A DNA stretch of 64,000 bases, from NCBI GenBank assembly GCA_041483195.1, contig JBGPFC010000010.1, forward strand, positions 1 to 64,000, read 5' to 3'. This DNA is from Candidatus Eiseniibacteriota bacterium. GTDB taxonomy: Bacteria; Eisenbacteria; RBG-16-71-46. Made by a program: the position numbers and the translations under genes. Of this stretch, positions 46,314 to 56,565 are shown in pieces; positions within the stretch are counted from its first letter, which is position 1, and each line of letters opens with the position of its first letter. The notes under the pieces were generated by a model that was given only the letters and a program-made list of their open reading frames with translations, made no database searches and was not told the origin of the DNA.

Positions 46314-47987
46314 CTAGCCGCGCGCGCGAGGAGCAGTTCTGGGGCGCGCGCGCGCCGTGGAGTGGCGCGCGCGCGCGGTGCGACCGTACCCACCGCCGCC
46401 GGGGCTCGCGACCGTTATCACCGCGCCCGCTTCGAGGTCAATCTGGAACTTGCCGGGCATCACGATCGGGCGTGTGCGAGTTAAGCGATACCGAACCCCG
46501 CGCCGCCGCTCGCGCGCGGGAGGCGCCTCGACGAGGTTCACTCCGGCCGATCCGGGCGCTCCGCCCTTCAGCCCGTAGGGCCCGCGCGTCCGCCGATCGG
46601 AGATCACGGTGACGCGCGCCGGAGCGAGCAGCTCGAGCTCGCGCACGATGCCGTCGCCGCCGCGCCAGCGCCCGCGGCCGCCGCTGCCCCCGCGCACGCG
46701 CGTCGCCCGCATCCGCAGCGGATACGCGTGCTCGAGGGACTCGATCGGCGTGTTGCGCGTGTTCGTCATGTGCGCCTGCATCGCGCTCGCGCCATCCCAG
46801 CCCGGGCCAGCTCCGTGCCCGCCACCCAGCGTCTCGTAGTACGCGAACGGCGAGCCTCCCCGCGGATCGACCCCGCCGATCAGGAGGTTGTTCATCGTGC
46901 CGCTGCTGGCCGCCGGCACTCGATCCGGGCACGCGCGCGCAAACGCGCCCAGCACCGCGTCCACGATGCGTTGCGAGGTCTCGACGTTGCCGGCACTCAC
47001 CGCGGCCGGGAGCCGCGCGTTCACGATGCTGCCCGCCGGAGCGAGCACCTCGATCGGACGGAACGCGCCGTGATTCACCGGAAAGTCCCCGCCCAGCACG
47101 CAGCGCACCGCGTAGTAGGTGGCGGCCCGGGTCACCGGCTCGACCGCGTTGACCGGCCCCCGCGCCTGCGGGCTCGATCCGGCGAAATCGACGCACGCGC
47201 GTGGACCGTCGAGGCTCAGCGTCACCGCGATGGTCTGGGGTCCGCTCCCGAGGCCGTCGTCGTCGAGCGCGTCGCGGAAGCGGTAGACGCCCCGCGGCAA
47301 CGCCCGCAACGCGGCGCGCACGCAGCGTTCGGCGTGCGCGATCAGCGCCGTGGCCGCGCGCGTAAGCGCTCCGCGGCCGCGCGAGCGCGCGAGCGCTCCG
47401 AGCCGCCGGGCGCCGGTCGCCTGCGCGCCGAGTTGGGCGGCGAGATCCGCGCCGCGCTCGTCGGGCGTGCGCACGTTGGCGAGCAGCAGCGCCAGCACGT
47501 CGCCCACGATGCGCCCCTCGCGCGCGAGGAACACCGGCGGCAGTCGCAGGCCCTCCTCGTAGATCTCGCGCGCGAGCGGCATCGAGCCGGGCGCCGCCCC
47601 GCCGATGTCCGCGTGGTGCGCGCGGCTCGCGACGAAGAACTCCGGCCGCCGCGCCCCGGCGAGAAACACCGGCGACACCAGCGTGACATCCGGCAGATGG
47701 GTGCCGCCCGCGAACGGATCGTTGAGCGCCACGGTGTCGCCGGGACGGAACGGCGCTCTCGCCAGCGCGGCCTCGACCGCGCGCGGCATGCTGCCGAGGT
47801 GCACCGGAATGTGCGCGGCCTGTGCGACCAGCCGCCCGGCCGCGTCGAACACGGCGCACGAGTAGTCGAGCCGCTCCTTGATGTTGGGTGAGTACGCGGT
47901 CCGCATCAGGGTCGCGCCCATCTCCTCGGCGCAGGCCGCGAACAGTCCCTGGTCGAGCGCGAGCGCGACCCCGTCGAATCGCGTCAT
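46314..47987 (-). CDS. Hydantoinase B/oxoprolinase family protein
   Basis: 'SPNIKERLDYSCA', 'HIPVHLGSM', 'GGTHLPD', 'HHADIGG', 'HMTNT'. Confidence 0.93.
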   Translation of the reverse strand: MTRFDGVALALDQGLFAACAEEMGATLMRTAYSPNIKERLDYSCAVFDAAGRLVAQAAHIPVHLGSMPRAVEAALARAPFRPGDTVALNDPFAGGTHLPDVTLVSPVFLAGARRPEFFVASRAHHADIGGAAPGSMPLAREIYEEGLRLPPVFLAREGRIVGDVLALLLANVRTPDERGADLAAQLGAQATGARRLGALARSRGRGALTRAATALIAHAERCVRAALRALPRGVYRFRDALDDDGLGSGPQTIAVTLSLDGPRACVDFAGSSPQARGPVNAVEPVTRAATYYAVRCVLGGDFPVNHGAFRPIEVLAPAGSIVNARLPAAVSAGNVETSQRIVDAVLGAFARACPDRVPAASSGTMNNLLIGGVDPRGGSPFAYYETLGGGHGAGPGWDGASAMQAHMTNTRNTPIESLEHAYPLRMRATRVRGGSGGRGRWRGGDGIVRELELLAPARVTVISDRRTRGPYGLKGGAPGSAGVNLVEAPPARERRRGVRYRLTRTRPIVMPGKFQIDLEAGAVITVASPGGGGYGRTARARHSTARARPRTAPRARG

Positions 47988-49972
47988 CCCCGCCCCCGGC
48001 GCAGCACCAGCGTGCCGCTCGCGTGCAGCGCGCCGTGCCAACCGGACGGCACCCACAGCGTGGCGCCGGATTGCGTGACGATCGCCGGCCCGCGCACCGC
48101 GCCGCGCGCGGCGAGCGCGTGCGGATCGAGGCACACCGCCTCGAGCCATCGCCCGGCCTCGCGCACGCGCGCGCGAGCGACGCCGGACGCGACGACGGCG
48201 CCCGCCGCGAGTGCCCGGCGCGGCGCCGCATCGAGGACCGGCGTGCCCGGTGTGGCGCCGCGCACCTCGAGAGTCACCACCTCCACCGGGCGATCCGGGT
48301 GCGCGAATCCGAAGCGGCGCGCGTGCTCGCGATGGAAGCGCGCGACCAGGTCCGCGCCTGCGGGAAGCGAGAGCTCGTGGGATTGCCCGCGGTAACGCAC
48401 CTCCGCCCAGCGCTCGATCGAATATCGCGCGCGCGCGCCGAACTCCGCGCGCACCTCGCGCTCCAGCGCCCGGAGCTGTCGCGCGATGGCGCGCGCATCG
48501 CCGGCCGGCGCGAGCACCGAGCGCCCGCGCTCGTGCCGCTCCCCGCCCGACAGCGCGCCGAGCGCGGAGAGCACGCCGGCATGGGGCGGGAACAGCACCG
48601 CAGCGCAGCCCAGCGCGCGAGCGAGCGAGCACGCGTGCAATCCGCCCGCGCCGCCGAACGCGACCAGCGCAGCGCCGCGCGGGTCGTGCCCGCGCTCGAC
48701 CGAGACCGCGCGCAGCGCGGCCTCGATGCGCCCCTCCGCGACCGCCACCACGCCTTCTGCGGCGGCGGACGCATCGCGGCCGCCGAGCGCCCGGCCCAGT
48801 CCCGCGAGGGCGCGAGTGGAGGCGTCGCGATCGAGCCGCAGCGCGCCGTCCGCGAGCGATGTGCCCGGGATCCGGCCCAGCACCACCAGCGCGTCGGTGA
48901 CCGTCGCGAGCCCGCCGCGCCCGTAGCACGCGGGACCGGGATCGGCGCCGGCGCTCTGCGGCCCGACCCGCAGCAGCCCGCCCGCGTCCACCCGCGCGAT
49001 CGATCCGCCCCCCGCGCCAACGGTGTGAACGTCGAGCAGCGGGAGCTGCACCGGGAATCCCGCGACCTCGCGCGCGCGCCGCCGCGGAAGCTCGCCGTCC
49101 ACGAACGCGCAATCGGTGGAGGTTCCGCCCACGTCGAGCGTGAGCGTCCGCGCGAATCCACACGCGCGCGCCACCTCGCGTGCGGCGGCCAGCCCCGCGG
49201 CCGGGCCCGAGAGCAGCTGCCGCACCGGCTCGCGGGCGGCGTTCGATGGCGACGCGACGCCGCCGTGCGAGAGCACGATCTCGAGCTTCGCGCGCGTGCC
49301 CGCCGCGAGCCTGCCGAGGTAGCGCGCGACCCGCGGCATGAGGTACGCGTTGGTGACCGTGGTCGCGAAACGTTCGTACTCGCGGATCTCGGGGCACAGC
49401 TCGGACGAGACGCTCACCGTGAATCCGGCACGCCGAAACGCGCGGGCGATGGCGCGCTCGTGGGCGGGATTCGCGTACGCGTGGAGCAGGCCGACCGCGA
49501 TGGTCTCGGGCCTCCGCGCGCGCGCGGCGCGCAGGGCGCGGCGGATCGCGGCCGGGGTCAGACGCTCGAGCACCTCGCCGCGGGGACCGATGCGCTCCGC
49601 GACGCCCACCCGCCGCGCGGAGGGGACCAGCGGCTCGACCCGGCGCGTGCGAAGCGCGTACAGGTCGGGGCGGTCCTGCCGGGCGATCTCGATCAGGTCT
49701 TCGAAGCCCGCCGTGGTGAGCAGCGCGACGCGCGCGCCGCTGCGCTCCAGCAGGGTGTTGGTGGCCACCGTCGAACCGTGGCGCACGCGGGACGCGGCTC
49801 CCGCCTCGAGCCGCGCCAGCCCGGCAAGCACCGCGCGCTCCGGCGCCCGCGGCGTGGAGGGCAGCTTGAACGCGACCAGCGCGCCTCCCGAGCGCGCGAC
49901 GAAATCGGTGAACGTGCCGCCGGTGTCCACCCCCACCACGCTCGCGGGCGGGTTTCGGGCGGCGCGTCTCAC
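47984..49972 (-). CDS. Hydantoinase A/oxoprolinase family protein
   Basis: 'GVDTGGTFTD', 'HGSTVATN', 'SGPAAG', 'DVGGTSTD', 'GAGGGS'; GTGA overlap with the upstream gene. Confidence 0.93.
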   Translation of the reverse strand: MRRAARNPPASVVGVDTGGTFTDFVARSGGALVAFKLPSTPRAPERAVLAGLARLEAGAASRVRHGSTVATNTLLERSGARVALLTTAGFEDLIEIARQDRPDLYALRTRRVEPLVPSARRVGVAERIGPRGEVLERLTPAAIRRALRAARARRPETIAVGLLHAYANPAHERAIARAFRRAGFTVSVSSELCPEIREYERFATTVTNAYLMPRVARYLGRLAAGTRAKLEIVLSHGGVASPSNAAREPVRQLLSGPAAGLAAAREVARACGFARTLTLDVGGTSTDCAFVDGELPRRRAREVAGFPVQLPLLDVHTVGAGGGSIARVDAGGLLRVGPQSAGADPGPACYGRGGLATVTDALVVLGRIPGTSLADGALRLDRDASTRALAGLGRALGGRDASAAAEGVVAVAEGRIEAALRAVSVERGHDPRGAALVAFGGAGGLHACSLARALGCAAVLFPPHAGVLSALGALSGGERHERGRSVLAPAGDARAIARQLRALEREVRAEFGARARYSIERWAEVRYRGQSHELSLPAGADLVARFHREHARRFGFAHPDRPVEVVTLEVRGATPGTPVLDAAPRRALAAGAVVASGVARARVREAGRWLEAVCLDPHALAARGAVRGPAIVTQSGATLWVPSGWHGALHASGTLVLRRGRG

Positions 49973-50493
49973 GCCGGTCTCCGCGAACGGCGCCAGCGGT
50001 CGATCAGGACGCCCAGCACGATGATCGCGGTCGCCGCGATCAGCACCCAGGTCGGGATCGCGAGCTTGCGCCCCACCAGCGCGAGGGCGAAGTAGTAGGG
50101 GAGCGCGCCCAGATACACCGCGAGCGCGTAGAGCGGGGCCGGATAGTTCACCGCCGCCGCGACCAGCTTGAGCGGCGCGTCGGGCAGCGGCGTGGCGCGC
50201 GCCACCATCAGCGCGACGAACGACGCAGACGGATACGCGCGGGCGGCGTCCTGCAGCTTCTGCTTCGATGGCGCGAAGCGCCGCATCCACGGATGCGCGG
50301 AGCTCAACAGCCAGCGCAGCACGAGCAGCTGGAGCGCGCTGCCCAGCGCGCTCGCGGCGCCACCCACCACGGCCACCACCCACGGCTCGTGAAAATGCCC
50401 GTAGCGGAGCAACAGCGGAGTGGTCGCGAACGCGAAGGTCGCGCCGTCGAGCAGCAGCAGCAGACACAGCACCCAGATCGAATCGGCGCTCAC
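49969..50493 (-). CDS. VTT/DedA-like membrane protein
   Basis: Hydrophobic helices; 'ARATPLPD' resembles the DedA RxxP motif. Confidence 0.7.
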   Translation of the reverse strand: MSADSIWVLCLLLLLDGATFAFATTPLLLRYGHFHEPWVVAVVGGAASALGSALQLLVLRWLLSSAHPWMRRFAPSKQKLQDAARAYPSASFVALMVARATPLPDAPLKLVAAAVNYPAPLYALAVYLGALPYYFALALVGRKLAIPTWVLIAATAIIVLGVLIDRWRRSRRPA

Positions 50494-50577
50494 GCGCGAC
50501 CGTCCCCGCTCGTCGTGGCATCGCCCCCCGCGCCCCGCGTCGTGCGGGGCGTGCGGCGGGCGACGTGCTCGCCTGCG

Positions 50578-51927
50578 TCAGCCCAGGGCGGGCGGTGCCG
50601 GCGGATCGACCGGCGGAGGCGCCGGCGGACTCATCGGCGGCTGCGCGGTTGCCGCGGCGACCGGAGGCGCCGCGATCACCGATTCCGCGGCCGTGCGCGA
50701 AGCGCGCCGGCCCCAGAGCCGCGACAGCATGCCCGACTCGAACTCGACACGCAGCCAGGCGCCCGACCCGAGCAGCGTCACGACCGAGAACGTCAGAAAC
50801 GCGGCCACCCGGAACAGCGTGCCGATGGCGCCGAGCCCGACCTGATGCAGCAGCGTACCCACCAGGCCGGCGCCACTGATGAGCAGCACGCCATAGAGCG
50901 CGGCCCGCGTCAAGCTCACGGGGCCGGGTCCCTGCCGGGCGGCAACTCGTTCGCCGAGCGCGGTGGCTCCCACCACGAACCCCCATACCCACAGCAGGGC
51001 GAGGAAGCAGAAGTATCCGAGCAGCGCGGCCACCGCGAGCGGGATCCCGATGATCGTGATGCAGAGCAGCGCGGCGACCAGCGCGAGCGCGACGATCGAC
51101 GGCACGGCGAGAATCACGGCGAGGAAACCGGTGAGCGCCGCGCTCCCCGGCTCGCGCTTGAGGCTCGCAAGCGCCGCGCCGGTGCGGCCCGGGGCGAGAG
51201 CGGCCAGCATCCAGGCGAACAACAGGGTGATCACCAGCCACACCATCGAGGCGGCGATGTGAGCGCCCCGCCGGGCCTGATCCATGGCGATGCTGCGCGG
51301 GAAGTGGCGCCGGCCCTTGCCGATCGCGGTCACGCGCTGGCCGCCGATCGAGGAGCCCTCTTCCTCGTGAAGCTCGCCGCCCATGCACACGACGTCACCA
51401 TCGACCCGTGCCGTCGAATTGAGCGTGACGTCCCCGCCCATCGCCACGACGTCGCCTTCGACGTGGCCGTCGACGACCACGTCACCGCCCACCGCCATCA
51501 CGTCACCCACCACCACCTGTTCGGACTCGATGTGGATGTCCGCGCCGACCCGCATGATGTTGCCGGACTTGCCGAACGTGATCTGGTTCGAGCCAGCATC
51601 CAGGGGCGGGGCATGCGCCGTCGGTGCTTCAGGCGCCTCGGACGCCGAGGGCGCGGGCGGCGGCGATGGCGCGCCGCGCCGGCGCGGACGGGCGGCCTCG
51701 ATGCGCGCGGCGCTCTCGGGCGACACCGGCTTGAACTCGAGCACTTCCTGTGCGCCCGCCGGAGTGCCGAGGGACCACGCGAGCGCCGAGAGCGCGCGAT
51801 GCCGCGCGCCGTGCACCACTCGCGCGAACGGACCCACCATGCGCGCGGGATGCGACATCATTCCCGCCGCCAGCAGGGTGGCGCCGGCAACCAGCGCCAG
51901 AACGAGCAACGCGGGGAGTCGTCGCAT
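50578..51927 (-). CDS. Membrane protein with a bactofilin-like (polymer-forming) beta-helix domain
   Basis: Repeats 'GDVMAVGGDVVVDG.VEGDVVAMGG' followed by several TM helices including 'ITIIGIP'. Confidence 0.8.
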   Translation of the reverse strand: MRRLPALLVLALVAGATLLAAGMMSHPARMVGPFARVVHGARHRALSALAWSLGTPAGAQEVLEFKPVSPESAARIEAARPRRRGAPSPPPAPSASEAPEAPTAHAPPLDAGSNQITFGKSGNIMRVGADIHIESEQVVVGDVMAVGGDVVVDGHVEGDVVAMGGDVTLNSTARVDGDVVCMGGELHEEEGSSIGGQRVTAIGKGRRHFPRSIAMDQARRGAHIAASMVWLVITLLFAWMLAALAPGRTGAALASLKREPGSAALTGFLAVILAVPSIVALALVAALLCITIIGIPLAVAALLGYFCFLALLWVWGFVVGATALGERVAARQGPGPVSLTRAALYGVLLISGAGLVGTLLHQVGLGAIGTLFRVAAFLTFSVVTLLGSGAWLRVEFESGMLSRLWGRRASRTAAESVIAAPPVAAATAQPPMSPPAPPPVDPPAPPALG

Positions 51928-51929
51928 GA

Positions 51930-52994
51930 TCAATTGCCTCCGGCCAACAGGTGGATGTCACCGGACGAGCTGCGCAGGACGACCGGGGCCGTCCCCTGTC
52001 GCACGCGTCCGGTCACGAGATGACGCGTCACGGTCTTCACTTCGAGCGGCAGGTCGGTGTTCAGCGCCCCGTTCGAGGTGCGCAGCTCGAGCTCGCAGCC
52101 CAGACCCGGGGCGAGGCCCACGGTGATGTCGCCACTGCCGGTGGAGATGTCGGCGCGGCGCAGCGGGGAGACCAGGCGCAGGTCGACGTCGCCGCTCGAG
52201 GCTCCGATCCTCACGATGCCGGATCCCGCCCGCACCTGGATGTCGCCACTGGTGGTGGTCGCGCTCAGGCCGCGCGGCGCGCGATCGACGTGAATATCGC
52301 CGCTCACCGAGCCGAGCACCAGCGAATCGGTGGCGCCGCGCACGGTCAGGTCGCCGCTCGTGGTGTGCACATCGAGCGGGCCGGCGACCTCGGACGCGAC
52401 CACGTCGCCGCTGACGGTGCGCAATACGCCGGCCGCCATGCCGCTCAGCTCGAGGTCGCCGCTGGTGCTCTCGGCCCGCAGCGGGCCCCGCGCATCCGCG
52501 ACGCTGATGTCGCCGCTGGTGGTCTGCACGTCCTGGATGGCGGCCAGCCCCTCGGTCTGAATGTCGCCGCTGGTCGAACGCAGCACGAGCGGCAGGGTGG
52601 GTGGAACTGAGACGGTGAGCCGCACCTCGACGACCGGGAGCTCGAGCCCGCAGAACATCTGCCAGAAGCTGATGTGAATCGACTCCCGCTGAGGATAACG
52701 AACCCGGACGTCGCAGCGTCCGCCCTCGGTGGCGAGCGTCACCTGGGTCTCGCGCGCGATCTCGGCGGCCCGCTCGCGGCTGGCCGAGCGCACGATCTTG
52801 AGGGCGGTGAGGTGGATCTGGCCGTCGGTGCTGGGGAGGATGTGGACCAGACCACGTGGGTTCTCCACCCGCAGGCTCGCGATGCCGTGCGCGTCCAGGA
52901 CCCGGCCGCTCTGCTCGCGCAGGGCCTCGCCCGCGGTCGCGGGGGCCGCCAGCACGGCGAGCCAAGCGATGACGGTGAGGATCGTGGATTTCAC
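51930..52994 (-). CDS. DUF4097 family beta-strand repeat exported protein
   Basis: AGGAGG then GTG; signal peptide; many '(T/S)SGD(I/V/L)' repeats. Confidence 0.88.
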   Translation of the reverse strand: MKSTILTVIAWLAVLAAPATAGEALREQSGRVLDAHGIASLRVENPRGLVHILPSTDGQIHLTALKIVRSASRERAAEIARETQVTLATEGGRCDVRVRYPQRESIHISFWQMFCGLELPVVEVRLTVSVPPTLPLVLRSTSGDIQTEGLAAIQDVQTTSGDISVADARGPLRAESTSGDLELSGMAAGVLRTVSGDVVASEVAGPLDVHTTSGDLTVRGATDSLVLGSVSGDIHVDRAPRGLSATTTSGDIQVRAGSGIVRIGASSGDVDLRLVSPLRRADISTGSGDITVGLAPGLGCELELRTSNGALNTDLPLEVKTVTRHLVTGRVRQGTAPVVLRSSSGDIHLLAGGN

Positions 52995-53181
52995 GGCGTC
53001 TGCCCTCCTGGTACGCCCGCCTCTACGCGGCGCCGGGGCCGCGGGTTGCGCCGATCGAGCCATGGCGGGCGCGAGGGCCAGGGGGGGCGGCGCCCCATTT
53101 CGCATGGCCGATCCACGCGCCGACCCGGCGCGAGGCGTGCCCGCGCGGCCGGCGCGGGGGTGGCGCGAAGCGGGATGAAGA

Positions 53182-53217
53182 GGGGGAGCACCCGGATCCG
53201 GATGCCCCCCCCGTTTT
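53182..53217. terminator. Intrinsic terminator-like hairpin downstream of the small lipoprotein gene
   Basis: gggggagcacccgg-at-ccggatgcccccc stem flanked by T-rich tracts on both strands. Confidence 0.6.
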
Positions 53218-53248
53218 CGGCACTGCATCATGCAATGAAGACTGGCGG

Positions 53249-53434
53249 CTACTGGTGCATCGAGGTGTCGGCCATGGTGCTTTCGGGCGCGGCCTCGGTC
53301 GTCGTGGTCGTCGTCGTGGTCGGTGCCGCAGACTCCTCGCTGCTCTTCTTGCTGCAGCCCATCACCGCGACAGCCAGAGCCAGCGCCACCAGGGCGATCA
53401 ATGCCAGAGCGGAAATTTTCCTCATCGGGTTCAC
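53249..53434 (-). CDS. Small Thr-rich lipoprotein
   Basis: AGGAGG RBS; lipobox VMGC; poly-Thr tail. Start is GTG 53434 or ATG 53425. Confidence 0.75.
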   Translation of the reverse strand: MNPMRKISALALIALVALALAVAVMGCSKKSSEESAAPTTTTTTTTEAAPESTMADTSMHQ

Positions 53435-53659
53435 GTTCACCTCCTCTCGGTCTTGCCGCCTGAGAGCAAACGCCAGGCTCCCCGGCGACCCCGTTCATTT
53501 TGAATTGGAATCGAAGACACAGAAGCAACACCACGCGTGAGCGGTGTCGGGGCTGGCGACGTCCCTGTTGCGCTGCCGAAGCAAGGATGAGGAGCTGTCG
53601 CGAGACCTTGAAGCGCACGCGCTCGGGGACGAGGGCACTTCAATCCATAAGCGCGCGAA

Positions 53660-53688
53660 AGGCTAGGGTGGCACCCCCCGCTTGTCAA
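53660..53688 (-). promoter_or_regulatory. Sigma70 promoter
   Basis: TTGACA-N17-TAGCCT. Confidence 0.7.
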
Positions 53689-53785
53689 CCTCGATTTTGG
53701 AAAGAAATCCCCCCGAATCCTCCGGAATCGCCGTCCGGCACGGCCTGGCCCGCCCGGATCGCGGCCGCGCGGTGCTTCGCGAATC

Positions 53786-54967
53786 TCAGCCCCCGCTCCC
53801 CTCGAGCGCCTGCTCGAGGTCCGCGCGAAGATCCGCGACGTCTTCGATCCCCACCGAGAGCCGCAGCAGCCCATCGGCGAATCCCATCGCGAGCCGCGTC
53901 TCGCGGGGGACCGAGGCGTGGGTCATGGACGCCGGGTGGCATACCAGGCTCTCGACCCCGCCCAGGCTCTCGGCGCGGGTGAACAGCCGGAACCGATCGA
54001 AGACTCGCCGGCCGCTCTCCAGCGATCCGTCGCCGGGGATGAACGAGATCATGCCCCCGAATCCCGAAGCCTGGCGGCGCGCGAGCGCGTGCTGCGGATG
54101 ACTCTCGAGTCCGGGATAGAACACCGCGCTGACGCGCGGATGTGCCTCGAGCACCGCCGCGAGCGAGCGCGCATTCTCATCGTGCCGCTGCATGCGCACC
54201 GCGAGCGTCTTCGTGCCCCGCAGCGCGAGCCAGCAGTCCATCGGCCCCGGCACCGCGCCCGCCGCGTTCTGGAGAAACCGGATCTGCTCGGCGAGCGGCT
54301 CGTCGCTGGTGATCAGCGCCCCGCCCACCATGTCGCTGTGCCCGTTCAGGTACTTGGTCACCGAGTGGACCACGACATCGGCGCCGGCCGCCAGCGGGCG
54401 CTGGAAGAACGGGGTCATGAACGTGTTGTCCACCACGACCCGGATGCCGCGCCGGTGGGCGCGCGCGCTCACGTCGGCGATGTCGGTGATCTGCATCATC
54501 GGGTTGGTGGGCGTCTCGATGAACACCAGCCGGGTCTCGGGCCGGATGGCCGCCTCGACCCCCGCGGCATCCGCGGCGGGTACGAACGTGAAACCGAGCC
54601 CCAGCCGCTTGAACACGCGTTCGAACAGCCGATAGGTGCCACCGTACAGATTGTCGCCGGCGACCACGTGATCGCCCGCCGACAGCGTATGCATCAGCGT
54701 CGTGGTCGCCGCCAGCCCCGACGCGAAGCAGAAGCCGTGGCGCCCGCCCTCGAGCGCGGCCAGGTTGTTCTCGAGCGCGGAGCGCGTGGCGTTGTGGGTG
54801 CGCGCGTATTCGAAGCCCTTGTTGCGGCCGAGCGCCTCCTGCGCGTAAGTCGAGGTCTGATAGATCGGCACCGTGACCGCGCCGGTGGTGGGATCGGGCT
54901 CCTGTCCCGCGTGGATCGCCAGCGTGCTGAAGCCCGACCGCGGCCTCACCGCCCCTTCTCCGCCCAT
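53786..54967 (-). CDS. Cystathionine gamma-lyase/synthase
   Basis: PIYQTSTY, EYART.N.TR, ETPTNP, DNTF, HSVTKYLNGHSD, AESLGGVESL; TGATG coupling to CBS. Confidence 0.93.
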   Translation of the reverse strand: MGGEGAVRPRSGFSTLAIHAGQEPDPTTGAVTVPIYQTSTYAQEALGRNKGFEYARTHNATRSALENNLAALEGGRHGFCFASGLAATTTLMHTLSAGDHVVAGDNLYGGTYRLFERVFKRLGLGFTFVPAADAAGVEAAIRPETRLVFIETPTNPMMQITDIADVSARAHRRGIRVVVDNTFMTPFFQRPLAAGADVVVHSVTKYLNGHSDMVGGALITSDEPLAEQIRFLQNAAGAVPGPMDCWLALRGTKTLAVRMQRHDENARSLAAVLEAHPRVSAVFYPGLESHPQHALARRQASGFGGMISFIPGDGSLESGRRVFDRFRLFTRAESLGGVESLVCHPASMTHASVPRETRLAMGFADGLLRLSVGIEDVADLRADLEQALEGSGG

Positions 54968-56358
54968 CACACCCCTCCCGCGATGAAGTGGAGCATGTCG
55001 AACCGCGTCAGGATGCCGGTCACCGCGCCGTCCTCGCTCACCAGCACCGCCGGGTTGCGGCTCGCGAGCAGGCGCGTGACCTGCGCGACCGGCTCGTCGC
55101 TCTTCACGACCGGCAGCGGCTCGCCCATCAGGGACTCGACCGGCTGATCGAGCGTCGAGGAATCCGCGAGCACGCGCTTCAGGATCTCGCTGTCGACGAG
55201 CGTGCCCACCACCTCGGCTCCGCGCAACACCGGAATCTGCGAGATGTCGTGCTGCTGGACCAGCGCGAGCGCCCGGCGGAGCGGCTCGCCGACCTGCACC
55301 GTGAGCAGCCGCGGCGACTGCCGGCCCTTGATGCCGAGCACGTCGGCGACCCGCGTCGCGGCGGGATCGAGCAGGTGATTGTCGCGCATCCACTCGTCGC
55401 TGTGCACCTTCGTGAGGTAGCGCTCGCCGGTGTCGGGGAGCAGCACCACCACCAGCGCGTCGGCCGTCAGATCCTTCGCGACCTGGAGCGCGACCCACAC
55501 CGCCATCCCCGACGATCCGCCGACGAAGATCGCCTCCTCACGCGCGAGACGGCGCGCCATGTTGAGCCCGTCGCGGTCGTTGCACGCGACGACCTGGTCG
55601 ATCACCGAGAAGTCGGTGGCGGTCGGGATGAAGTCCTCGCCGACGCCCTCGATCTTGTAGGGATGCGCCTCCGCCATCTCGTGCGTCTCGTGATAGTGCT
55701 TGAGGATCGACCCCACCGGGTCGGCCCCGATCACGCGCACGCGGGGGTTCTTCTCCTTGAGATAGCGCCCGGTCCCGGTGATGGTGCCCCCGGTCCCCAT
55801 GCCGCACACGAAGTGCGTGATCTTCCCAGCGGTCTGCTCCCACAGCTCGGGGCCGGTGCTGGCGTAATGGGCCTGCGGATTCGCGGGGTTGTGATACTGG
55901 TCGGTCAGAAACGCGCCCGGGCGCTCTGCGGCGATGCGCTTCGCGACCGAGTAGTACGACTGAGGGGAGTCGGGCGGGACCGCGGTCGGCGAGAGCATCA
56001 CCTCCGCGCCGAATGCCTTGAGCAGATTGACCTTCTCGCTCGACACCTTGTCCGGCATGCAGAAGACGGCGCGGTAGCCCTTGATCACCGCCACCATCGC
56101 GAGTCCGAGCCCGGTGTTTCCCGATGTGCACTCGACGATGGTTCCCCCGGGCTTGAGCTTGCCCGCGCGCTCCGCGCTCTCCACCATCGCGAGCCCGATG
56201 CGATCCTTGACGCTTCCGCCGGGATTGAAGAACTCGAGCTTCGCGAGCACCGGGGCCGCGCTCTGCCGCGCGACGCCACCGAGCCGCACCAGCGGCGTGC
56301 GCCCGACGGTCTCGAGGATGTTCTCGTGGTAGCGCACACCGTCCAGGACGTGACTCAC
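54967..56358 (-). CDS. cbs: Cystathionine beta-synthase (PLP domain plus CBS pair)
   Basis: NPGGSVKDR, TSGNTG, GTGGT, YKIEGVG and C-terminal CBS domains. Confidence 0.92.
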   Translation of the reverse strand: MSHVLDGVRYHENILETVGRTPLVRLGGVARQSAAPVLAKLEFFNPGGSVKDRIGLAMVESAERAGKLKPGGTIVECTSGNTGLGLAMVAVIKGYRAVFCMPDKVSSEKVNLLKAFGAEVMLSPTAVPPDSPQSYYSVAKRIAAERPGAFLTDQYHNPANPQAHYASTGPELWEQTAGKITHFVCGMGTGGTITGTGRYLKEKNPRVRVIGADPVGSILKHYHETHEMAEAHPYKIEGVGEDFIPTATDFSVIDQVVACNDRDGLNMARRLAREEAIFVGGSSGMAVWVALQVAKDLTADALVVVLLPDTGERYLTKVHSDEWMRDNHLLDPAATRVADVLGIKGRQSPRLLTVQVGEPLRRALALVQQHDISQIPVLRGAEVVGTLVDSEILKRVLADSSTLDQPVESLMGEPLPVVKSDEPVAQVTRLLASRNPAVLVSEDGAVTGILTRFDMLHFIAGGV

Positions 56359-56469
56359 GGGGAACAGACTCCTGTCGAAGATGGGCCTTGCGGATTCGGC
56401 TGGCGGCCGGCGCGCCTGTTCGCGGCCGCGTGGGGTGCGGCCAGGCCGCGCACTCTGGGCCGGACCGGC

Positions 56470-56498
56470 AGATTAGGCGCGGGGCTTTTCGCGGTCAA
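56470..56498 (-). promoter_or_regulatory. Sigma70 promoter for cbs-cgl
   Basis: TTGACC-N17-TAATCT. Confidence 0.6.
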
Positions 56499-56565
56499 GC
56501 GGGCGGACTCGGGGTCCGCGGCCGGACGAGGCGGGCGCGCCCGCGGTGGTGGGGCGCGCCCGGCG

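Noticed and set aside
56359..56565. Obligate operon of the selenoprotein with cbs-cgl
   Set aside because: The 207-nt gap contains its own TTGACC-N17-TAATCT promoter, so co-transcription is not required.
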